Below the pieces are notes generated by a model that was not told where the DNA came from, searched no databases, and was given only the letters and a program-made list of their open reading frames with translations. Shown piece after piece: positions 38,132 to 50,690 of a stretch of 64,000 nt of DNA (position 1 is its first letter; every line of letters starts with the position of its first letter). Made by a program: the position numbers and the translations under genes. The stretch is from Octopus vulgaris (taxonomy: Eukaryota): NCBI GenBank assembly GCA_951406725.2, contig OX597830.1:22320001-22384000 (forward strand), read 5' to 3'.

Positions 38132-38790
38132 CAGCCGGAATGAGAAACAGAGTCACTCCGACTACGGGAAACAGAGCCACTGCGAGGTCGGCGCCCGATC
38201 GCACGGCACAGATCATCGATTCGCTGCGTAAGCGCATCGATCTTCTCGGCTAATGAATTGTTCGTCGGAGAAGGTGTCGGAGGGGGCTCTGTACATGCGT
38301 ACAGGCCCCGCGATGGAGATGGTCGAGAAAACTCTAATACTTTGTCGGCCATCGTGGCAATCTGGTCTACAGACACAGACTCCAGTGCCGTGGCCAACAT
38401 TGTCTGCACATGGGCAGGCAACCTGGAAAAGAATATTTTCCGTAAGAGCGGCGCGTCCGCTGCGTTGCCGCTGAGCTCCCTTAGGTGGCGCAGGAACTGG
38501 GATGGAGTCCTGTCCCCCAACTGCTCGTTGGCCATCAGCTCATTGAACTGACTCTCCTCCGACCGCATGTTGCGGCGGAGGATTTCGGCCTTTACTGACG
38601 CGTATGTGGCGTCAGGGTGGGGACTCATTATGAGATCCCTGACCGATGTGGCGAGTCGGGAAGGCAAACTGGAGTATAGCAGATGTAACTGCTGCTGTGG
38701 AGAAACGGCATGTGCGGCAAAATGGGATTCTACCTGGGCAAGCCACAGATCCGCATCCCCTGTGAATGAAGGCAAACCTGATACAGCCAT
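38053..38790 (-). CDS. Gypsy gag, intact 245 aa
   Basis: LWLAQVESHF, LGDRTPSQFLRHL, CWYHSKYAEKAERCTQPC; overlaps pol in the -1 frame. Confidence 0.9.
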   Translation of the reverse strand: MAVSGLPSFTGDADLWLAQVESHFAAHAVSPQQQLHLLYSSLPSRLATSVRDLIMSPHPDATYASVKAEILRRNMRSEESQFNELMANEQLGDRTPSQFLRHLRELSGNAADAPLLRKIFFSRLPAHVQTMLATALESVSVDQIATMADKVLEFSRPSPSRGLYACTEPPPTPSPTNNSLAEKIDALTQRIDDLCRAIGRRPRSGSVSRSRSDSVSHSGWCWYHSKYAEKAERCTQPCTFQSSEN

Positions 38791-39164
38791 GTTTGTCGGA
38801 AGGATCGTCTGTCAGGAGGGGCAGAAGGTATGAACGAGAAATGGAGAGAGAACACGTGGAACTGACAAAGCAAATCAAAATGGTGTTTTGTGTACTGGTG
38901 TGTGTGTGAGTGCACCTCGTGGGTAGTAAAAAATAAGTGTGTGTGTGCACAAAGGAAAACAAGGTACAGAAAAGAAAAAAAATAATGTGTGTGTTTTCTT
39001 TTTTTTTTTTTTTTCAGTGTACTGAGTGCGATGAATAAAGCTTTTGTTTGTACCCACCTCGCCGTCCTGAAAGGAAAAGAAAAATGAAAATAGAAACTGA
39101 GTGTTCAGTGCTCTATTTGGCAAAACCTGTTCGCTGCGTCTTCTGTTCTTTTTTTTTTCTACTT

Positions 39165-39476
39165 GGGGTCACCAATTGTAACGAACAGTTCACAAGGTCA
39201 TGGCGCTATTGAAAACACTGACCTTTACCACAACACACATTGTCCGAAAACCACTTTCTATTTTTTGATGAGAAAACAATGTCAAAGATACAGTCCACGG
39301 TGTGATAAAAAAACTTTCCTTATCACAATGATATACACGTTTGTTCATACAATGGTTTCTTAGGCCACTTGTAATCCCGTTGCTGCCACCATGTTACGTT
39401 CTAAAACAAGAGAGACTTGGACAAGCTCCATTGCAGAAGCTTTATTATATTTTTATGACGTAGTACACGAGTTACA
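39165..39476 (-). mobile_element. tRNA-Trp-type PBS (39165-39174) and 300-bp 5' LTR (39177-39476)
   Basis: TGGTGACCCC on the - strand 2 nt from an LTR with TGTAAC...GTTACA termini. Confidence 0.7.
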
Positions 39477-39519
39477 CAGTGGTGTAAGAGATGTAACCCC
39501 CTGCAGAGGCCACTCAACG

Positions 39520-39680
39520 TGACAGCGGCTAAAGAAGCGGGAATACTACTAATCAGGATATGCAATTTCTTTTGTGAAGACTGTATACCATTTGCAGCAA
39601 AATATGAATCGAGTTGGGCAAACCACAGCTTAGCATAGCCTGCATATGTTGGAATAGAGGTAGTACTCCTCATAATGATG
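39520..39680 (-). pseudogene. Gypsy gag N-terminal fragment
   Basis: IPTYAGYAKLWFAQLDSYFAANGI..KKLHILISSIP. Confidence 0.75.
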
Positions 39681-40285
39681 CTTTTGTGACCACACTTGAA
39701 ACAGTGTGGCTTTCTCCCCTTGACTTGCACTCTCAAGACCTCTTCTATTAGCATTCTGCCTGGAATTTGTTCTAGATCCTGCGGTGTTCACCTGGATTAA
39801 TATTTCTATACTCTGCCCTAGCCAGTTTTGGTGGGGCAGAGCGAATAGTTTGTAGTGTGGAAATTTTATCTTCCCTTGAGTAACAGGTCAGCCACCACCC
39901 AGGTGGCGTCAATTTCCAGTGGTCTTTTTGTATCTTGATCTGGGACATTCTACGTCCCAGATATGAAGGCAGAAGTACCACTTTTGTCTTTGGTGAGAGC
40001 ACTGAGTGCTCCTTTGCTTTTCCTACTGTCAGAAATGTAGCCTCAATCAAGGTGAACTTCCTACCTCGGGTCACATATACCCCATCCTTCCAGACTGGCC
40101 CAAGGCATTTCTCAATTTTTTTTCCTTTGGAACGTTAGAAATTTTTTTGTTCTTTTCATCATATGTTTTGTATATGACAGATTTATTTTTGGTTTGTGTT
40201 GTAATATCACTTGAGGGGATGATTCTAACATTGCTCCCATCCAAGGACAACATGCTGTACAACGTTTGATATTCCGAACGCTGTC
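39680..40285 (-). pseudogene. Tx1/L1-clade ORF1 fragment
   Basis: LLPSYLGRRMSQIKI and VQVKGRKPHCFKCGHK match the ORF1 at 58169-58670. Confidence 0.65.
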
Positions 40286-40288
40286 TTT

Positions 40289-41575
40289 TCAGTGGAGCGC
40301 TTCTTTGTAGGCAATGTTTTTCATTTTCCCTTCTGATGCACAAATGTATAGACTTTGTGGCCTGCCAACATGGGAGCATCCAACGTGGAAGAACACTTGC
40401 TCTGTGAGATTTAAACCAACCATTTGCAATGAGTTACTCTGTGCCTTATTTATTGTCATTGCAAAGGAGAGTTTGATAGGAAATTGAAGCCGCTTAAACT
40501 TGTAGATCGTATCGGAGTGAATGAGGGACATTGGAGTTATAAGAACATCTTGACCAGCAGCTGGTCCATTCAAGATAGTTGCTTGCAGAACTTGGGAGTA
40601 TAATTTTTTGATTATCATCTGTGTGCCGTTACACATTATTAGAGCATCCAAATTCTGTAGCAGCATGATGGGCGTGCCAACCTTAAGATGGAGTTTGTGA
40701 GGCGGAAGTCCTGCGGGCATTTGGGAATTAAAGAATTCTGTTGTGAAAACAGTTGTATAATCTAGGTTTTCATGTGTGTCAATGGACTTAGAGGAGAGTT
40801 TTTCTCCAGGAAGCAGATCAAGAAGTTTATTATTGATAGCGTCAACTGTTTTATTGTGAGGCGCCAAAATTGCTCTTCCTTGGAGGCAAGTTGTGTCAAG
40901 GCTTTGGTTTGCAATGTCAGGAAAAACTGAAGAAATCAAATCATCTGCGGAAGGCACATAGTCACCAAATGGTAAATGAATGAAACCATTAGTATCGCTG
41001 CTGCAGTTCCATTACCAAAGTTGAGAAGCTGCGCCGAGAATGTGGCCGCATTTTCGTCGCCATGCACGTGAACTGTCATGTTCATAGTCAGGTGAAGTTT
41101 CTCGATGTGGTGCCATAAGTAGGATGATTTTATGGAAGCATTTACCTCATCAGCTCTTGTTCCCCGTGGAATGACAGGTAGAGTTTGTCGGAAGTCGCCA
41201 GCAAGCAAAACAGTCACTCCACCCATCACTCTCATATTGTGTCTCAGGTCTTGAAAAGACCGATTGAGTGCCTCAAAAGCTGCCTTATAACTCATGGTTG
41301 CCTCATCCCAAATGATAAGGGTGCACTCAGTTAGAAGATTCCCCATGGCTGAGCCACGACTAACATTGCAAGTTGGATTTTCCTGTTTGGTCAAGTCTAG
41401 TGGTAATTTGAAGGCTGAGTGTGCAGTACGACCGCCATGCAGTAGAGTTGCCGCAATACCGCTGGATGCAACTGCTATGGCAATCCGATTTTCCTGGTGT
41501 ATTTTGGTGAGCAGGAGGTTCATGAGAAAAAGTTTTTCCAGTTTAGCCAGGAGCATCCAAGAAAGCAGAAATTGA
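40289..41575 (-). pseudogene. Helitron PIF1 helicase fragment (frameshifted)
   Basis: ASSGIAATLLHGGRTAHSAFKLP, IIWDEATM, LAGDFRQTLPV, CNGT, RLQFPIKLSFAMTINKAQ. Confidence 0.92.
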
Positions 41576-41794
41576 AAGAAGATATATGAAATGGACATGT
41601 GTGTGTGATTTTCTGGCTAATTTGGTGGGATTTTTGCAGTCAGCACGAGGTGGTTTGTGTTTATCTCTCAAGTCGAATTGTTAATTTGTCTGTAAAAGCA
41701 ATGCTCGAACAAGTGAAAATATCTTCGCAGAAAACAGCTTCAGGAGTTGTGAAGAAAGAATTTGTATGTAGTCTGTTTCTGAGAACTATTCTAT

Positions 41795-43509
41795 TGGTCT
41801 TCTTCCTATTTTCTGGGTATCTAAATGAATTTTTATGCAAATAAAATCGCGTTTTAAATACATTTTCTGAAACCCCTGTATAGGTCTTGCATTCCGATGG
41901 GCCTTCTATTTGTACCTTGGCTCTATAAACGACCCCTTTTACTAGGCATTTCCCTTCCAACACACAGGAGGATTCATTTTTACAATTGCATTTCTTAAGG
42001 GGCTCGGCACCATGCTTAATATCAATCAGATTCCTATTATGCTGGCTAATGTAAGAGGCGAACTTTCTGCAACAAGAATAGCTAACCTTAAGGGTTCTTC
42101 TATTAAATATTCTATAGAATTTATGGTCCTGCTTAAAATGCCTAGAGACTAATTTCAAAAATTCCTTACCTATATTAGTCTTTACGGCCAAATTGAAAGC
42201 CGGGTTGAACCACAAAACTTTCCTGGTCCTAGTTCTTTGCGCAGCATTAAGCTGGTTGTACTGGATCTTCTCAGAGAATCCACTATTCCTTAATGCGCTA
42301 TCGTAATAAGGTGCAGCATTATGGAATGCTGCCTCATCCGAAGAAATTGAAGATATTCTTCTACCTACATTGCTGACTAAGTTCCTAAGGATAACTGGCG
42401 GATGGTTTGAATCTTTGCTAATATACGATAGCTTGTCATTGGGCTTACGGTAAGGTTTAAATCTATCTGACTTTACATTAAAATTTACATCTAAAAAATC
42501 TAGACTTTTCAGGTTAGTATCTATTGTAACCCGTAAGCCCATCCTTTGGAAGAAAGCAATAAGGTCCTTCCTAAGTCTATCTGATTCATGGCCGTTTAAA
42601 TTATGGGTGGCTATAAGGCCGTCATCCCTATATAAACCTGCATCTATAAATGGGAATTCTATTTTTAGATTATGAAGAATAAAGGCTCTTATGAGCATAC
42701 ATAACTCAGCCCTGTTGTATGCCTCCATCGGTACATCGAAAAGAGAATCCTCACTCTTCTTAATCCAGGTGGAATCCTCGAAAAAAAGAAGTGATTTCCT
42801 CGCATGCATGATAATATCAATTTCCGAGCTATCGATGCCGACATACTGCTTGGCGAAGTCCAATGCCCTTAGGAGTAACATCCTAGATATTGATGGGTAA
42901 AAGTCAATAATATCGAATTGTGTAAAACTGCAATTATTCTTATAGCTAATACCTTTAAACCACTCTATGACTGACTTACTATTTTTCCAAATTCTCAAGA
43001 CTAATTCACTATCTAACTTAGTTAAAATACGGTCCAAAATATATTTGCTAATAATGGCTATCTCAGTTTTAGCCGGATTTATCAATCTACATTTGGGGTT
43101 TCTATTAAAATTGGCTTTATGGTCTTTTAGTGTAATAAAAGCTGGTCGTGGGGAAAGATATTCAATCCTATCACTAATCTTAAGATTGTTAGCTATTCCT
43201 CTTGCTTCCAAATTCACCTCTTTGTATATATTTGCGTTATCTTTTTTGTAAGTATCTGTGACACTATTCGAAATCAGACGCTTATAAACGTCCTTATCAA
43301 GTGCATATAAGTTCCTTGTCTTATCAGAATTAACGAAGATCTTATTCGAGTTGTTAATCTCCTTAATTTTTCTTTCATATTTCTCTGTAATTGGTTGCTA
43401 TATTTGCGGAATTTAATTTTCCTAATAAGTTCGAAAAGGTCTTTCTCGAAGGTTTCTAATTCCGGAATAGGTGGTGGATTTCTGGGAGATTTAAGTCCAT
43501 ATTTGTTTC
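41795..43509 (-). mobile_element. Penelope-like (Naiad-type) copy 1: RT + GIY-YIG, truncated at both ends
   Basis: AFITLKDHK, CRLINPAK, FDIIDFYPSI, GLYRDDGL, WFNPAF, CNC..C..GKC, GVVY..YTG..FKTR..H. Confidence 0.92.
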
Positions 43510-43515
43510 AGCAAA

Positions 43516-46500
43516 CTAGGCTGGTCCTCTTCCTATTTTCTGGGTATCTAAATGCATTTTCTGAAGCCCCTGTATAGGTCTTGCATTCCGATGGGCCTTC
43601 TATTTGTACCTTGGCTCTATAAACGACCCCTTTTACTAGGCATTTCCCTTCCAACACACAGGAGGATTCATTTTTACAATTGCATTTCTTAAGGGGCTCG
43701 GCACCATGCTTAATATCAATCAGATTCCTATTATGCTGGCTAATGTAAGAGGCGAACTTTCTGCAACAAGAATAGCTAACCTTAAGGGTTCTTCTATTAA
43801 ATATTCTATAGAATTTATGGTCCTGCTTAAAATGCCTAGAGACTAATTTCAAAAATTCCTTACCTATATTAGTCTTTACGGCCAAATTGAAAGCCGGGTT
43901 GAACCACAAAACTTTCCTGGTCCTAGTTCTTCGCGCAGCATTAAGCTGGTTGTACTGGATCTTCTCAGAGAATCCACTATTCCTTAATGCGCTATTGTAA
44001 TAAGGTGCAGCATTATGGAATGCTGCCTCATCCGAAGAAATTGAAGATATTCTACCTACATTGCTGACTAAGTTCCTAAGGATAACTGGCGGATGGTTCG
44101 AATCTTTGCTAATATACGATAGCTTGTCATTGGGCTTACGGTAAGGTTTAAATCTATCTGACCTTACATTAAAATTTACATCTAAAAAATCTAGACTTTT
44201 CAGGTTAGTATCTATTGTAACCCGTAAGCCCATCCTTTGGAAGAAAGCAATAAGGTCCTTCCTAAGTCTATCTGATTCATGGCCGTTTAAATTATGGGTG
44301 GCTATAAGGCCGTCATCCCTATATAAACCTGCATCTATAAATGGGAATTCTATTTTTAGATTATGAAGAATAAAGGCTCTTATGAGCATACATAACTCAG
44401 CCCTGTTGTATGCCTCCATCGGTACATCGAAAAGAGAATCCTCACTCTTCTTAATCCAGGTGGAATCCTCGAAAAAAAAAGAAGTGATTTCCTCGCATGC
44501 ATAATAATATCAATTTCCGAGCTATCGATGCCGACATACTGCTTGGCGAAGTCCAATGCCCTTAGGAGTAACATCCTAGATATTGATGGGTAAAAGTCAA
44601 TAATATCGAATTGTGTAAAACTGCAATTATTCTTATAGCTAATACCTTTAAACCACTCTATGACTGACTTACTATTTTTCCAAATTCTCAAGACTAATTC
44701 ACTATCTAACTTAGTTAAAATACGGTCCAAAATATATTTGCTAATAATGGCTATCTCAGTTTTAGCCGGATTTATCAATCTACATTTGGGGTATCTATTA
44801 AAATTGGCTTTATGGTCTTTTAGTGTAATAAAAGCTGGTCGTGGGGAAAGATATTCAATCCTATCACTAATCTTAAGATTGTTAGCTATTCCTCTTGCTT
44901 CCAAATTCACCTCTTTGTATATATTTGTGTTATCTTTTTTGTAAGTATCTGTGACACTATTCGAAATCAGACGCTTATAAACGTCCTTGTAACGAACTTG
45001 GTGAGAATATATCTTCTCTTGTACTTTCGGGGTACAAGAGGCAATCACTAGCCGTTGCTTTAAAATCCAGATTCTCTACCAGTCAGAAACAACAAGACGC
45101 AGACGTAAATAATATATATGCTACTTTATTCTCTAATGTGGTAACAGTAACAATAAGTGGTTATCTGGTATCCCTTTGGTATAAATGTGTCAGTGCTGAA
45201 CCTTATCGCTGTAAAATAAGAAAGTGTTCAAATGCAAAACGACACTGGTCAAAGATGGCGTCCGGAACAGGGAGATGTGGTCTGCAACAATTTGGTTAAA
45301 GGCCTTTTGGTAAGGTGCTGCTAGAATCAAGTCCGGACGGAGAGAAAATATACGTGACCGTCGCCTTCAGTTGCTGCTGTTTCAAGTCGCTGCTTGCTGG
45401 ACGCTGGTGGTCAACGTCTCACGACCCCCTTGCCTCGGCTAACTGCTACGTAGGCAAAAGGGTTCTTCTTCCGGTGGTGAAAGCACCAACCCCGCTCGCG
45501 CGAAATACAAATGGACGGTGCGCGAGCGCGCGCCGTTGTATAGGATCACTACAGAGCTTCACCCCAGTGCGTAAGCACGACGCAAAATTCCCTGTAGTGA
45601 CTATAAAACTCAAGGTGGATACCAGATAACCAAATAGCACACAATATAATAAAATGGCAAAATTTACAACATACACAAGAAATTTACTAAAGGAAAAAGA
45701 GAAAAAATACTCAATGAGCAAAAATCAAGAGTGCATGCATGAAAGTGTATACGTCACAAAGTATAAACCCTTCCGCTGAAAGGAGCGGAGGGAAAGCAAA
45801 ACTCACAGTCAATGAACCTAGGCGAAATTAAATCCAACTCCTCTAAAGGTGGTTGATCCTGCAAAATAGCAGTTAAATCAATTGCTGCAGGAGAGGAAAT
45901 GGAATTGACAGAAGCTCGCTAGTAACACAAAAGGCAAAAGTGCAAACATGCTGGTGTGATGCGCGACACAGATAATTTTCTGTGTTAATTACGTGACCAA
46001 CAGGAGTCTAACGGGGAAAAATAATTACGCCCATACATAGGCGCAGCGCATGTGAACATCCGACATTCTGAGTCGGGAAAAGAATTAAGCTAACGCAAAC
46101 GTGTTGCAAAAAACAAGGCAATACACATGCGAAGCAAAGGCGCATGAAATGCAATAGTGCTTGCCAGACCGAAAAACAGCAATGAATATGCCAGTGGTTG
46201 AGCGATTATATGCCTCGTTCGTACAGGAACAAAGTATGGCATGCCGGCGCGTTATAATGGACAAACAACCCTCTCTATGTATACGTGACCCCTAGGGTCT
46301 ATAGAAATGAGGGGTGTCCACAAAAGGCAAACTTAGCATGGAAAAAAAACAAGCGAGAAAAGCATGTGTGACGTATGTATGTGAGAGATAGCATTTATGT
46401 GTGTGTACGTGTGTGCGACAGAAATACATACAAGGTGAATGCAGGCAAAATAAAAATACAGCGCATAGAAAAAAATGTCTCTCAAGGCTATTCCAGACAA

Positions 46501-48030
46501 TGGAGTTAGTTTACCAGTCTGTAATAGCCTGATGCACAATAGCAGTTCGTTCTGTAACAGAATGTTGAAATCACAAATGCAGATGCCGATTGAACACAAT
46601 CTGTAGCGGTTGTAGCTTCGATGCTGTGACATGTTAAATCGTTACAGAAGAATCTCGCAGATAGACGGTGCTGTTAATCCTTGGTGTGCATATGCACATA
46701 CAGCGTGCACGCTAAAGTTCCACGAGTTGCTATGTACATCTTGGTCGACGGTGTTGAAAGGCGACGGTGGTGGAGGAAGGCGACTGTAGTGGACTTGAGA
46801 CAACATTGTTCTTAGTGGTGATGGCGACGAAGATAACGACGACGTGAAGTAGAAAGACGACGATGGTCATGACGAAGGTGGAGAAAAAGCATCGTTGATA
46901 TGATGGCGTTCGTCATCATGGCTGTACAATAAGAAAGAGGCTCCTTCTACAACTGTTTGTGGTGGCCGGAAACAAATCGTCGAAAGATGAATGCGTAGAG
47001 TTAATCGTGTTCCGACTTCGCAGAAAAACTGGATTTTTTTTGTTGTTAAGTGATCTCTGGTTTTAGACCAGAATCACGTCGGGGGTCACCACTGTAACGA
47101 ACTTGTGTGAATATATCTTCTCTTGTACTTTCGTGGTACAAGAGGCAATCACTAGCCGTTGCTTTAAAATCCAGATTCTCTACCAGTCAGAAACAACAAG
47201 ACGCAGACGTAAATAATATATATACTACTTTATTCTCTAATGTGGTAACAGTAACAATAAGTGGTTATCTGGTATCCCTTTGGTATAAATGTGTCAGTGC
47301 TGAACCTTATCGCTGTAAAATAAGAAAGTGTTCAAATGCAAAACGACACTGGTCAAAGATGGCGTCCGGAACAGGGAGATGTGGTCTGCAACAATTTGGT
47401 TAAAGGCCTTTTGGTAAGGTGCTGCTAGAATCAAGTTCGGACGGAGAGAAAATATACGTGACCGTCGCCTTCAGTCGCTGCTGTCTCAAGTCGCTGCTTT
47501 CTGGACGCTGGTGGTCAACGTCTCACGACCCCCTTGCCTTGGCTAACTGCTACGTAGGCAAAAGGGTCCTTCTTCCGGTGGTGAAAGCACCAACCCCGCA
47601 CGCGCGAAATACAAATGGACGGTGCGCGAGCGCGCGCCGTTGTATAGGATCACTACATCCTTATCAAGTGCATATAAGTTCCTTGTCTTATCAGAATTAA
47701 CGAAGATCTTATTCGAGTTGTTAATCTCCATAATTTTTTCTTTCATATTTCTCTGTAATTGGTTGCTATATTTGCGGAATTTAATTTTCCTAATAAGTTC
47801 GAAAAGGTCTTTCTCGAAGGCTTCTAATTCCGGAATAGGTGGTGGATTTCTGGGAGATTTAAGTCCATATTTGTTTCCGTCGGTTTTCTGTTTAGTATCA
47901 AAGAAGAAGGCTTTCCATCTCAATCTTTGAACGAACTCTTCCATTTTCTCTATAAGACCTTTGAGATATTGCTTCCGTTCAGGGATAGGTATATTTTTCT
48001 GAGAAAAATCCAGCGGGTAAAGTTCCATCT
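43516..48030 (-). mobile_element. Penelope-like copy 2 (ATG 48028), frameshifted, interrupted by the LTR element 44988-47657
   Basis: MELYPLDFSQKNIPIP..RLRWKAFFF; sequence rejoins across the tcct TSD. Confidence 0.92.
44988..47657 (-). mobile_element. Non-autonomous LTR retrotransposon (LTRs 44988-45553 and 47093-47657; 1.54-kb internal region with no recognisable ORF)
   Basis: Two near-identical TG...CA LTRs, 4-bp TSD tcct, PBS tggtgacccccgacgtgatt (tRNA-Trp 3' end), PPT-like tggggtgaag. Confidence 0.92.
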
Positions 48031-48179
48031 TTTTCAGCTATTTATTCTTCCTACTTGTGCAGAGTCACTCAAACTTTTATAAGGAGCGGGTTACAGCGGA
48101 GTAAACACATAAATGTGAAACAAGGTGGAAAAAAGAGTACTCAAATACCAGTGGTAGAGTAATATGCTTTATTTAAAGC

Positions 48180-50690
48180 AGCATATTTATGTTTGACATT
48201 TTAAATTTGGTTGCGTGCCTGCATGAGATCATCAGCTCACTTCTTTAATTCAAAAAATTATAGTCTTTGAATAAAATATAAAGTTTCTCTAACAGGCAAA
48301 GATTGCACTTAAAATTTTTCTTGTGTGCTCCATGTCTGTATGGTACCGCTCTGTCTAGAATGCTCCATATCACGTTGAAAGGTGGGGTTTCCTTTTCTTT
48401 TAGTTCCCAGACATATTTTGCTAGGCTGGTCCTCTTCCTATTTTCTGGGTATCTAAATGCATTTTCTGAAGCCCCTGTATAGGTCTTGCATTCCGATGAG
48501 CCTTCTATTTGTACCTTGGCTCTATAAACGACCCCTTTTACTAGACATTTCCCTTCCAACACACAGGAGGATTCATTTTTACAATTGCATTTCTTAAGGG
48601 GCTCGGCACCATGCTTAATATCAATCAGATTCCTATTATGCTGGCTAATGTAAGAGGCGAACTTTCTGCAACAAGAATAGCTAACCTTAAGGGTTCTTCT
48701 ATTAAATATTCTATAGAATTTATGGTCCTGCTTAAAATGCCTAGAGACTAATTTCAAAAATTCCTTACCTATATTAGTCTTTACGGCCAAATTGAAAGCC
48801 GGGTTGAACCACAAAACTTTCCTGGTCCTAGTTCTTCGCGCAGCATTAAGCTGGTTGTACTGGATCTTCTCAGAGAATCCACTATTCCTTAATGCGCTAT
48901 CGTAATAAGGTGCAGCATTATGGAATGCTGCCTCATCCGAAAAAATTGAAGATATTCTTCTGCCTACATTGCTGACTAAGTTCCTAAGGATAACTGTCGG
49001 ATGGTTCGAATCTTTGCTAATATACGATAGCTTGTCATTGGGCTTACGGTAAGGTTTAAATCTATCTGACCTTACATTAAAATTTACGTCTAAAAAATCT
49101 AGACTTTTCAGGTTAGTATCTATTGTAACCCGTAAGCCCATCCTTTGGAAGAAAGCAATAAGGTCCTTCCTAAGTCTATCTGATTCATGGCCGTTTAAAT
49201 TATGGGTGGCTATAAGGCCGTCATCCCTATATAAACCTGCATCTATAAATGGGAATTCTATTTTTAGATTATGAAGAATAAAGGCTCTTATGAGCATACA
49301 TAACTCAGCCCTGTTGTATGCCTCCATCGGTACATCGAAAAGAGAATCCTCACTCTTCTTAATCCAGGTGGAATCCTCGAAAAAAAGAAGTGATTTCCTC
49401 GCATGCATGATAATATCAATTTCCGAGCTATCGATGTCGACATACTGCTTGGTGAAGTCCAATACCCTTCGGAGTAACGTCCTAGATATTGACGGGTAAA
49501 AGTCAATAATATCGAATTGTGTAAAGCTGCAATTATTCTTATAGCTAATACCTTTAAACCACTCTATGACTGACTTACTATTTTTCCAAATTCTCAAGTC
49601 TAATTCACTATCTAACTTAGTTAAAATACGGTCCAAAATATATTTGCTAATAATGGCTATCTCAGTTTTAGCCGGATTTATCAATCTATATTTGGGGTTT
49701 CTATTAAAATTGGCTTTATGGTCTTGTAAAGGGAACTGGTTGCTTCTTTACACTTTTGGGTTGCAACTTGGGTGCAACACAATTTCCTTTCTTTTTGTTT
49801 CTAGAAACTACCAGTCAGGAACGAAACGCAAGTTTAGAAATATATACAATTCTTTATTCTCTTATTCAACAATGAAACACGATGGTATACTGGTATTCAT
49901 TCTTACAACAATTCAGCATTAATAGAACAGGTTAAATCCTAAGCGTCTGGGACAGGAGAATATGCTGATCACATGTATGAATAGTCCCCGACGCTATTAA
50001 GGAACGCGAATAGAATTTCTTCTTCAGTCTCTAGCGCATGTGCATGAGGGAACTTCCTTATGCCTTTCCAGAAGGTTCCAACCCCGCACACGCACACTGA
50101 AGAAGGATGCTCCGCACACGCACACTGAAGAATGACGTTGCGTGTGCGCACACCTGAACATGACATCACTACAGTCTTTTAGTGTAATAAAAGCTGGTCG
50201 TGGGGAAAGATATTTAATCCTATCACTAATCTTAAGATTGTTAGCTATTCCTCTTGCTTCCAAATTCACCTCTTTGTATATATTTGCGTTATCTTTTTTG
50301 TAAGTATCTGTGACACTATTCGAAATCAGACGCTTATAAACGTCCTTATCAAGTGCATATAAGTTCCTTGTCTTATCAGAATTAACGAAGATCTTATTCG
50401 AGTTGTTAATCTCCTTAATTTTTTCTTTCATATTTCTCTGTAATTGGTTGCTATATTTGCGGAATTTAATTTTCCTAATAAGTTCGAAAAGGTCTTTCTC
50501 GAAGGCTTCTAATTCCGGAATAGGTGGTGGATTTCTGGGAGATTTAAGTCCATATTTGTTTCCGTCGGTTTTCTGTTTAGTATCAAAGAAAAAGGCTTTC
50601 CATCTCAATCATCGAACGAACTCTTCCGTTTTCTCTATAAGACCTTTGAGATATTGCTTCCGTTCAGGGATAGGTATATTTTTCTTTGAT
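48180..50690 (-). mobile_element. Penelope-like copy 3, tandem upstream of copy 2, interrupted by a solo LTR
   Basis: ORFs 50024-50608 and 48245-49684; C-terminus CNLCLLEK..LN*RSELMISCRH runs into the 5' region of copy 2 (pLTR-type tandem). Confidence 0.92.
49725..50173 (-). mobile_element. Solo LTR (449 bp)
   Basis: TGTAAA...CACTACA, 4-bp TSD gtct; orientation inferred from the shared catcactaca end and a - strand AATAAA. Confidence 0.88.

Noticed and set aside
27539-39476. Single full-length Gypsy provirus with nested insertions
   Set aside because: LTRs and flanking TSDs do not match and part of integrase is missing; reported as a chimera instead
40289-41598. Host PIF1 gene
   Set aside because: Intronless, frameshifted, broken Walker A, Helitron-type motifs, embedded among TE fragments
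48205-48245. CTGATGA on the - strand near the Penelope pLTR as a hammerhead
   Set aside because: It is coding sequence (SELMIS) with no correctly placed GAAA or stems
50609-50611. In-frame TGA as selenocysteine (some Naiad elements encode selenoproteins)
   Set aside because: It replaces an Arg codon (aga in copy 2), not a conserved Cys, and occurs in one copy only
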